64,000 nt of DNA, taken from the NCBI RefSeq assembly GCF_009914755.1, contig NC_060934.1. One strand, given 5' to 3'. A program made the translations under genes and the position numbers. Under the pieces are notes generated by a model. That model had not been told where the DNA came from and searched no databases. It saw only the letters and a program-made list of their open reading frames with translations. How positions within the stretch are numbered: the stretch's first letter is position 1; every line of letters starts with the position of its first letter. The DNA comes from the human T2T-CHM13v2.0 reference genome, Homo sapiens. This document shows, one piece after another, positions 53,740 to 64,000 of the stretch.

Positions 53740-56210
53740 GCGTTTAAATTTCCAATTGTCTCATAAACGCCATTTTTTAGCAGTTTGCTTGAATCAGTAT
53801 TCAAATAAGCCACACATTACAAATAGTTAATACATCTCTTAAGTCTCTTTTTAGACTTTAGGTTCTTCTCCATCTGTCTCTATCCCTCTTGCAATGTATT
53901 TGTTAAAGGAACTGGATCATACATCGTGTAAAGCTTCCCACATGCTGAATTTTGGTTGTTGTTGAACATTTGTTGTTCAACACATAATGTACATATCATT
54001 CTGTCTTTCATTGCTTTACTAAATTGAATTGGGAGACTTGATCTGTGATTCAAAGTTGATTAAAGTTGGAGTAAGACTTATTTATACAAAGATTTCTAAA
54101 TTTCATCAGATGTGTGGTGTTTGCTTGCTGCTTTTTATAATGGAAGCAGTACTTAATGATCAGTGCTTGTAAGTATCAATTCATTAGGTTTTGCAAACTG
54201 ATGACGTTCTAATTCTATTATTTCTTCTTCATTTATTAGCTGGAATACTTTTATAAAGAGAAAATTTGCCTCATCTTTGTTTCGGTGGCTTAGGTGTATG
54301 AAAAAAATGTGATAAAATGCTTACTTCTTTTCTTTTTTCCAAGTTTCCAATGGTGACCAAAGTATTTTTTCTTTTAGCACCATATTGTACTCAAATATGT
54401 ATATATGTATGCAAATATATATAGTCATACTCAAATATGTATAAACAAAACATATGTATAGTTTTATACATATTTTTTGTGTTTAAATTCCTTGCAGAAA
54501 TCAATTTTAGCGATGCTCAAATTACACCATTCTTGGCCAATGAAAACTTACTTGAACTGACTTCAAATTTGTTTAGACTTGATTCTAGTATTCTTTGATA
54601 GAGTTTTTGTTATTCCATGTAACAAGATATTCCAAAATGATCTTATATATTTCCTGTACCATACTTGGAATTTGTCATTCTGAAGAGCCATTTGGTGAAA
54701 AATGGCATTTCAAGATTACAGTCTGTGAACTATGGGGGCTCTTTACTACCAGCTTATCATATTGTATTTCTAAGGCATTTTCAGAGAACAAAGCTAGAAA
54801 ACACACACACACACACACACACAATCCCTGTACTCTAGGAGGGATGATAGATTTAGAATATTATATGATAATTAATTTGATGGATTCCAAAATGCACATA
54901 CCCTATAGTCTCAAAAACAAATAACACATAAATACATAACAGCACTATTACCAACATTTTTACTATACAACATTTGACTTTTTTTGTTGTAGTTTCTTCA
55001 CCTGAGAGTATATCATTGGGAATTTAGCATCAAATGACTGGGGTTTTAGAGTCAGTTGGTCAGTTGTAATAGTTCCACTCTGAATATGCCACCAAATAGG
55101 AAAACACTTAGTCTCATTTTTCCATATAACCTTTCAATTTCTTAAAGATCTGATTCTAAAATTAAATGTATAAAACAAAGAATATTCAAAGATGTCTAGT
55201 TTCTACCTGTGTGCCTTCTATAATATTCCCATTTTTCTCCCTCAGCTGTGGTTAAGCACGAGGGCACACACACACACACACACACAATTTTCTGTTCTTA
55301 TTTTCCTTAGGTAAACGGCAGCCCCCTGTACATACTTTTATCCTCTTTATTTTCAGAAAACAAGATATTCCAGAAAACTCTCCAAATGTAGATATAGAGA
55401 TAGTTCTTATAACTTTTAAAAACTGTCTGGTACTCCATTATGGGTACTGCATTTTATGCATCCAGTCTCCTACTGATGGCTACCTGGGTTATTTCTAGTC
55501 TATTAATATTTCAAATATTCATGCAAAGAATGCCTAGAGCATATGACCTTTTAATATTTTTGCCTGTGTATTTTCAGCATCAATTCCTAGAAGAGGAACT
55601 GTTGGGCCAAAAGGTAAATGAATAAGTAATTTTTCTTGAAATTACCCTCTATGCCTACACAGGCCTTTATTAATCTGCACTCTCACCGGAGATACGTGAG
55701 AATGCCTGATTTCTCCCCACAGCTTTGACAGCAGAACATGTTGTCAAACATTTCTTTTGTTGCCAATTTCACAGGTGAGAAATGGTATCTTATTTCGGTT
55801 TTACCTTTCATCCCTCTTATTGTGAGTGAATGTGAGCATATTTCCAAAGGATTATGAGTCATATGTGTTATGATTCATATTTTCTTTCTGTGAATTTTAT
55901 GTTCATGTTCTTAAGAATTTTATGTTAATATTCTTAGTCCATTAGTCTTCAGAGATATTCTATTATTTCTCTATTTTTATGTCTTTTGTATATTGGAAAT
56001 ATCAATTTTTTGATACAAGTTGCAAATAATTTTTCAATTTGTCATTTTTTTTATACTTTACTTGGCTTTTCCTTTTTTGTAGCCATGCAAAAGTTTTTAG
56101 TTTTGCGTAATCACATCTGTCTATCTTTCCACTTATGGTCTCTAGATTTTGAGGGCTAGGAAAGTTGTTTGCAGTCTCCGATAATAAGAGAATTCCTCTA
56201 AAGATTCCTT
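53740..56210 (-). mobile_element. Old L1MC/L1ME fragments
   Basis: ttcatttattagctggaatactt...; aggtgagaaatggtatctt; atacaagttgcaaataattttt. Confidence 0.6.
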
Positions 56211-56215
56211 TATTG

Positions 56216-58430
56216 CTTTTTCAACTTTTATTTTGCAATAATTATGGATGTGCAGAAAGTTGCAGAATTAATACAAAGAGGTCCATGTGCCTTTCACCCC
56301 ATTTCCCCCAATGGTAATAGGTAGTTATACTACAATATCCACGTAATGAATTCAACATTAGCACAACTCACGCCATATTCAGATTTCACCCAATTTACAA
56401 GCACTTATTTGCACATATGTGTGTGTTTCAGTGCAATTTTATCACCTTTGTAGATTTGTTAGCCAACACACAATCAAAACACAGATTTGTTTCATCACCT
56501 TTAGTCCCCTTTCTCTAACTGCTGATAACCACAAATCTTTTCTTCATCTCTACACTATTGCCATTTTAAGAATGTTATAGAAATGGAATCCTACAGTATC
56601 TGCTCTTTAAAGATTGGGTTTTTCACTCAATACCTTTCCCCCTTGAGATCCACCCAAGTAGTTGTATCAATAATTTGTCCCTTTTTTATTGCTGAGTAGT
56701 TTTCCACTGTATAGATGTACCACAGTTTAACTGTCCACCCTCTGAAGAGCATTTAGGTGGTTAGTAATATTTGGCTATTACAATCAAAGCTGCTATGAAC
56801 ATTCCTGTACAGGTTTCTGTGTGAACATATTTTACATGACAGAAAAATGCCACAATAAAATTAAAAGGGCACATTACACACTAGAGGAAAAAAAAGAGTG
56901 ACACTAATAAGACAAATTCTGGATTTTCCTAACATAAAGAAAAGAATAGTTTCTTTTCACCAAGCTAAATGTCCAGAAGTGTGATTGCTAAAACCTAGTT
57001 TAAGTTTATCTTTAGTTTTTAAAAAATCTATTATTTTTCTATTGCTGCCATAACAACCTTAATGACTTAAACATCACAAATTTATTGCCTTATAGTTCTT
57101 ATAGTTCCAGTGGTCAGCGGTCTAAAATGGTCCCAATGGGCTAACATCAAGGTGTTGGCAGAGCTGTGCTGCTTTCTGGAGGCTCTAGGGGATAATCCAC
57201 TTATTTCCTTTTTTCCAGTTTACAGAGAAGCTACATTCCTTGACTGTGGCTTCATTCCTCCATCTTCTAAGACATTAACATCACGTTTCTCCAACTCTTC
57301 TTTTGTCATTGGTCTCTTTTTCTGAGTATAACCAGGAAAAATTCTTTGCTTTTCAGGACTCAATTGCTTAGATTGTGCCTACTCAGATGACCCAGTTTAA
57401 TCTTCAAGGTCCTTGACGTTAATCACATCTATAAAGTCTCTTTTGCAGTCTAAAATAATAGTCACAAGTTCAGGCATCAGGGTGTCAACATCTTTGGGAA
57501 TTTTTATCTGCCAACACAGCAAGTGCCAAACTATTTCCCAGAGTGGCCATACCTTTTAACATCCCCATCAGCAATATATAATAGATCCAGTTTCTGCATG
57601 TCCTCATGAGCATTTGTTATTGTCCCTATTTTTCCCGGGTTTTTTTTTAATAGCTATTTGGGATATTTCATCATGATTTTAATTTGCATTTCCTTAATGG
57701 CTAACAAAGTGAACATCTTTTTATGTGCTTATTTGCCATCCATATATCCTCTTCAGTGGCATATCTGGTCGTGTCTTGTGCTTATTTTCCAGTTGGATTT
57801 TTCATTTTTTTGTTCAGTTTTATGAGTCCTTTATATACTTTAAATATGAATTCTTCATTAGATATGCAGTTTGCAAATACTTTGTCTCAGTCAGTAGCTT
57901 ATATTTTCATCCTATTTACAGGGTCTTTTGGAAAGCAAAACCTTTAATTCTGATGAGGCATATTTTGTAGATATTTTTTCTCATGATCATGCTTTTGGTG
58001 TCATGTTAAATACACCTTTGCTTTGCCATGTATCCTGAAGATTTTTCTACTGTTTCTTCTAATATTTCTTCTAAATGATTTTTGATTGTACATTTTATAC
58101 TTAAATCTGTGATCCATTTTGATTTTATTTGTGAATATGGTGTGAGTTTAGGTTGAGGTTGTTTTGTTGTTGTTGTTATTTTTGCCTAGAGATGTCTAAT
58201 TGTGCCAGTACCATTTGTTCAAAGAATATCTTTCCTCCATAAATTGTCAGTGTTCCTTTGTCAATCAGATAGACATACTTGTGTAGAGCTATTTTTTTAT
58301 CTCTATTCTGTTCTATTAATCTATGTGTCTCCCTTTGCCAATACTTCATTGTCTTGATTTTGGTAGTTTTATGGTAAATATTAAAATAAAGTAGACTGAA
58401 TTGTCCCGTTTTATTCTTCTCTTTCAAAAG
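56216..58430 (-). mobile_element. L1MC/L1MB-type 3' portion, interrupted by a templated insert and an MLT1C/D LTR
   Basis: caacttttattttg...agaaagttgcag...atagaaatggaatc...tatttggctattacaatcaaagctgctatgaacatt... Confidence 0.8.
57028..57519 (-). mobile_element. MLT1C/MLT1D MaLR solo LTR
   Basis: attgctgccataacaa...aaggtgttggcagagctgtgctgctttctggaggctctagggg...ccaacaca. Confidence 0.8.
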
Positions 58431-58439
58431 GAGCAATGA

Positions 58440-59360
58440 GGGAATTCTAGCCTAATCAGACATTTAAATATGCCCTAAAACTTCTGTGATTAAAACAGTG
58501 AAGCAATGACACATGGACAAATGAAATATAATAAAAAATATATAAGTAGACCTAATTGCATGTGGGAATTTAGCATACAATACAGAAAAGACCACAAATC
58601 AACAGGGAAGAGGTGGGTATTTAAGTTAGCAGTTTTGGTACAGCTGGAAGAAGATACAATTGAGTCATTCCCTATAATATACATCAGGTTTTAAAATGAA
58701 TCCTCAAATTTATATAAAATCATACAATTACCAGAAAAAAACATGGATGAAACCTTCATAATCTGTGAGTTGGGAAATTTTTATAGTTTATTACTCAAAA
58801 TCCAGAAGCAGCAAAGAAGGAATAAAGATAAATTTTATTACATTTAGAAAATAGTTTGTGTGACAGAAAAATGTCATATGAAAATTAAAAGGGCACATTA
58901 CATATTAGAGAGAAAAAGAGAGTAGCACTAATAAGACAAACAAATTATGGATTTTCCTAACATAAAGAGAGCTTTCAAAAGTAGAAAAGATAAAAGCCAA
59001 CAATTTTTCTAGAAATGGAGGCTAAAGAAATAAAAAAAAAAGTCAACAGAAAAAGAAATGCAAATAACTTGTAATCATATGAAAAGATGTTCAAACTTGT
59101 TTATACACTAAGAGAAATGTAAATAAAAATTATATTGAGATACTATTTTTTACCCATCAAAAAGGCAAGAACTCTGGTTGACCATAACAGTATATAATGA
59201 AGCTCTGAAGAAGCAGGCATTCTCATACATTGCTGATGGGAATGCAAAGGATGAAATCTCTTTGGACAGGAATTTGGCAATACCTAGGAAAATTACATAT
59301 GCACATTTACCCCTGGACCCAGAAATTCAACTTCTAGAATCTCTCCAGAAAATACACCTT
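58440..59360 (+). mobile_element. Old L1ME-type ORF2 3' fragment
   Basis: catatgaaaagatgttcaaac...agagaaatgtaaataaaaatta...ctcatacattgctgatgggaatgcaaa. Confidence 0.7.
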
Positions 59361-60739
59361 ACAGTCATCGCACATTTCTCAAATTATCTTTTAAGCTCAT
59401 CATTACTTCAACATTTTCATAGTTTAAAGGCTCGATCCTGTTATTAAATGGCCAAAGAAAAAAGCAAATATACTCTCATATCACAATTTAAGTTTTTAAA
59501 AATATGTTGAAACACTCCTTTCATGTCATTTGAACTTTAAAATAAGATAAATATCACTCCTATGGGCATAGGTATTGTACCTCTTAACACTCTCTTCCCC
59601 ACAAGGACGCACACACACACACACACATATTTTGAAAATTCTTAGCCTGTACATATAGTCTATATGTATACATATACATATAGAATATATCATTACGGGG
59701 CAAGAAAAGGCATGGCCTGGGCTAAATATCAAAGAAAAGTACTAAAGCAGTGAGATGAGGCCTTTGGAGATAATTCAATCACAGAGTGATTGAACAGCAT
59801 TCACACAGCCTTTCTGAAGTGGAGAGCCAAGAAAATCCACCCTCTTCTTCCAGTAAAAGAGGATACTTTTGGTCTGTATTAATGAACTTGGCTATTGACC
59901 AAACCAAGAATAATTATGTCTTACTTTGACCAGTTCTTTATTGTCCTAAACTTTAGGTTAGGACATAGGTTATAGAACCTACCTCCCTGTTGTACAGATG
60001 AGCAAACTAAGCACAGCCTAACTGGGATTGGGCAAGCGAGCCATGTAGGGCACAATATTTGATGGGGCACTTGCTGCTAGGACCATGTATGTGCAGGGCC
60101 AGCCTGGAGATTGAATATGTACCTCCTGGAGTTCTGTTCTCTGAGTACCCCAGGCACCTCGACTTTGTGTGAGCTCTGAAGCTGATGCCCAGGAAGACAA
60201 AGTGGTTGGTCAGCTCACGTGGCTAGTTGGGACAGAGATAGGACTCATACCGCTTCTCTAATTGGAGTCTAGAGTCTTCCCCCTACACTAGGCTTCCTCC
60301 ACCCTTGCCATTGCTCCATAGAAATACCTTCAAGGCACAGTGGTCAGCCCCCTTGCCTGGATAAGACTGTGGACCAATTTTGATCATGGCATCATGACCA
60401 CAAGAGCACAGTTAGACTTCATCTGCAGCAAGGTTATCACACTGTTCAAGTAGCAGGAAATGTTTATAAGTTGAATGAACAGGTAAACAAGGGAAATGTT
60501 TTTCTTCATATTGAAGGTCAAGAAACAGTTTTAAAGTGTTAATTAAAATTTTATAAATAGAGCTATTATAAGCAAACAGTGACTTCACTAATTTACAAAC
60601 CATTCCTCTCATTGATTGAAACACAAAGAAACCCTCCAAGGAATAAAATAGCTTAACTTTTTAAGACAGCATTGGTTATAGATTTAAAAGCAATAGTTTT
60701 GCATTTCAAGAATGTGCCAAAACTTGGGGTTTTTCGTAA

Positions 60740-61510
60740 AACACATAGACCTAGTAATCCTCATTTATCCTAGAGAAATTAAAACTTACATTAGCACAAA
60801 ATAATTTGTACTTGAATGTTTGTAGCATCATTATTTCTAATCACAGAATACCTTAAAGTAACCAAAATGACCTTCAAAGGGTGAATAGATAAACTATGGT
60901 ATGTCAATACGCTGGAATGCTACACAGAAATCAAAAGGAATGAACCTTAGGTATACACAACAATGTAGATGGATCTCAAATGCTTTATGCTGAGTGAAAG
61001 AAGACTGACTCAAAAGATGACATTATAGAAAAGGCAAAATTATAGGAGGAGAAAATAAATCAGTGGAGATTGGAAGAGGGGTGGACCTCAAAGAGGCATG
61101 GGAATTTTTTTTTATATACTTTAAGTTCTAGGCTACACGTGCACAACGTGCAGGTTTGTTACATTTGTATACGTGTGCCATGTTGGTGTGCTGTACACAT
61201 TAACTTGTCATTTACATTAGGTATATCTCCTAATGCTATCCCTCCCCCGTCCCCCCACCCCACAACAGGCGTGTGATGTTCCCCTTCCTGTGTCCAAGTG
61301 TTCTCATTGTCCAATTCCCTCCTATGAGTGAGAACATGCGGTATTTGGTTTTTTGTCCTTGGGATAGTTTGCTGAGAATGATGGTTTGAGGTGATAAAAC
61401 TGTTTTAAATTTGTTTGTGGAGGAGGTTACTGGACTGGATGTATTTGTCAAAAATCAAAGAATTATATATATTTAAGAATAAATTTATTATAAACCACAT
61501 TATGACAGCT
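60740..61510 (+). mobile_element. L1MC/ME 3' end fragment, host of the L1PA insert
   Basis: tttatcctagagaaattaaaactta...ggatctcaaatgctttatgctgagtgaaagaag. Confidence 0.7.
61105..61387 (-). mobile_element. Short 5'-truncated L1PA4/5-like 3' end
   Basis: tatactttaagttctagg...gtccaagtgttctcattg...gctgagaatgatggttt. Confidence 0.9.
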
Positions 61511-61790
61511 GTTTTTAAGCATAACTGGATTCTTTGTAATATTATACTATATATTTCATTGCATGCATATTACAAAAATTAATCTTAGAAATGATCAATA
61601 TGCTTCACGAGGTTGTCACAGGAGTCCATGAGGAAAAAAATTAAGAACCTCTGGAGAATGTCATATTACTCTTGGCCTCTGCCTTTAGTGAATCTGAGCT
61701 CCAATCCTGTCAACCCCAAGTGTCAGCCAAATACTCAGCTCACCTCTCAGCTGCTTCTCAAGGATTCAGAGACAGAGGACAAGATCTCAC

Positions 61791-61792
<2 letters not shown>

Positions 61793-61840
<48 letters not shown>

Positions 61841-61846
61841 TGTGTG
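61793..61846 (+). repeat. (TG)22 TT (TG)4 microsatellite
   Basis: Direct count. Confidence 0.95.
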
Positions 61847-63269
61847 ATGGAAGAAGGTCTCTTTAATCCTTGTCTCATCCCTGGCTCAACATTACATTGC
61901 ATCCCTTCATCCTTTGTGCTTGCATAACTCTCCCTCCCAACTGCCTCCCTCCGGATTCCTGGGAAGATGTCAGTAGGCAGAGCATCCCGTTTTACATTTT
62001 GTGCTCCTATTTTTACCCATGACTTGTTCTAGTAATCTTCAGTATCTTGTTAGCTCTTTGATGTGATTAAAACAAAGTTTTCTGTATTTTTGCAGCATTT
62101 TTAGTTGTTGTTAGTGAGAAAGTTGGTTTAAAACACGCAGCCTACCATTGCATAACCATGTTTTAATGGTATTTGAACTATTTGGTATTTGGCTCTTTAA
62201 GTATTGCATATTTTTTAAAAATTTAAATTGACTCATTCTAAAAGCAAGGTTGTGTCATTCTTACTTTTAAGTGAATGGATACCAATGATAGGGAATGGAA
62301 CAATCCCTGTGACTGACTATATCTCATATTCTGTTAATGGGGTATAAGTATACATTCATCTTTGTTTCTATCCACTAGATACCATCATGATTCAAAATCA
62401 AAACTACTTAGTAAATCATGCTTGTAAGTTTAAAATTGGGCTTTTGTTTAACAGTTATTTCATTGCTGATTTTGAATTATGTTCATATATGAGGTTCTTA
62501 ATTACAATTTCTGTCCAATTAGGAAGGGATTAAGGATAATCCTATACCTCACAGGACTTTTTGCAAGCTACAAAAATACGGTTTCATATGATATAGTGAG
62601 GCTGTGAGATTAAACATAGATCCTTTATTCAAGTGTTTCTAAGACAATTATTAGCACCATGACAATGAAGATTTAAATACAGAGAAAAGTTTTCAAACCT
62701 GCGATGATATGTTGAGAATAAATTGAAATAAAAGACGTTAAGAAAAAGGAAACCAAGCAGTTATGAGGTCCAAGGCCTAGAATCAGAGAGGAACCCTAGG
62801 GAGGCAGATTTTCAGTCACACTTTGAAGACCTTTCTAGCAGCCACAGTTGTCCAACAATAAATTTGTGTCTGCTGCACATGGCTCTGAGCTCTTCACCAC
62901 AAAAGGGCTCTATCACGGCTGCACAGTCACTTTCTAGAGCAGTTTGAATCATGTGTGATTCAGTACAACATGACACATTGGACTCCTGTCCTGGAAGGCC
63001 TTTCTAACTCTAAGAATCTGTGAATCTCTAATACTAAAAAGAGTGACTTTTTTGTGTCTTATCTAAAGTTATCTAATTAGATATTAAATAATATTAGACT
63101 TTGTCACCTTTAAGGTGAAGAGAATTGAGTTAAGTGTACTTCTCAGTTTTTGGTATTATTTATGCTGGCCTATGCAAAGCTGTCCTCTTTTTTAATTAAT
63201 TTAATTATTTATTCATTTCTTCTTATTTCCACAGTCTGTTCCCAATTCCTTCTCCTACATTAGGCAAAT

Positions 63270-63287
63270 TGTGTGTGTGTGTATGTG

Positions 63288-63320
<33 letters not shown>
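63270..63320 (+). repeat. Interrupted (TG)n microsatellite
   Basis: Direct reading. Confidence 0.9.
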
Positions 63321-63322
<2 letters not shown>

Positions 63323-63680
63323 TTTAATTATATACCTTATTTGTATGAAAAACTGTGTCCTTGCAAAGTAAGCATTTGTCTTGCAAAAATGTATACTGTT
63401 GTTTTACATGTATGCATTTTCAGTTTATACTAACATTGTGCAACATATTTCATTCTGTTGTGGGTTTTTTTTTTTGTTTTTTTGTTTTTTTTTTTTGTCC
63501 TTCAGTGCTTACCTTCCATTTGTTTTTATTACATTTGGTTTATTCTTTCCAGTTGTGGCACAGACCTTTATGGTATGAATTGTACCATATTTGACCTACT
63601 AAGTCTCCACCTCCACAAATAAAAACTTTTATCTATGTCCACTTATGGACTGTTAAATAATGGCATTGCCATTTTGCATG

Positions 63681-63719
63681 CGTATTAGTCAAAGTTCTCC
63701 AAAAAATAGAGCCAATAAG

Positions 63720-63768
<49 letters not shown>

Positions 63769-64000
63769 GATGTATAAAGAGAGAGAGAGAGAAAGAGAGA
63801 TGGAAAAAGATAAATTTATTATAAGCAATTGGCTCACATGATTATGGAAGCTGGTAAGTCCCAAGATCTTCAGGGTGAGTCAGCAAGCTGGAGACCTAGC
63901 AGAGCTGAGAATTGGAGGAGCCAATGGTGTAGTTTTGGTGTGAGGGCTGGTAGGCTCAGGACACAGGAAGAGCTGATGTTTCAGTTCCAGTCCAAAGTCA
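63681..64000 (-). mobile_element. MLT2B-type ERVL LTR with internal (TG)n/(GA)n, running off the window end
   Basis: gtattagtcaaagttctcc...attggctcacatgattatggaagctggtaagtcccaagatct...cagcaagctggagacc. Confidence 0.85.

Overview
Primate (human-like) non-coding genomic DNA. I find no credible intact host protein-coding exon, RNA gene or CRISPR array, and no evidence for a new multi-gene biological system. The first ~1.2 kb is GC/CpG-enriched and looks like a promoter or first-exon region: (CTG)6, GC boxes, RFX-like, CRE-like and RE1-like motifs. I cannot name the gene. From 1.2 to 26 kb, unique sequence alternates with old MIR, L2, MaLR/ERVL LTR and hAT elements plus four Alus. From ~26 kb on, the window is an AT-rich pile of nested transposons: a near full-length Tigger1, an old L1MB split by a full-length antisense L1PA7, an L1MA split by a young L1PA2-like fragment, and many L1M and MLT pieces. 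Most recognisable ORFs are L1 ORF1/ORF2 or Tigger1 transposase remnants. The most interesting observations are mutational footprints visible directly in the sequence: a ~70 bp putative 3' transduction inside the L1PA7 TSDs, a ~105 bp locally templated insertion copied from 2 kb away, a complex triplication of an LTR/flank junction, an MSTB LTR inserted into a Tigger1 terminal repeat, and a TSD-less young L1 insertion. Repeat subfamily names come from my memory of consensus sequences and need RepeatMasker/Dfam confirmation.
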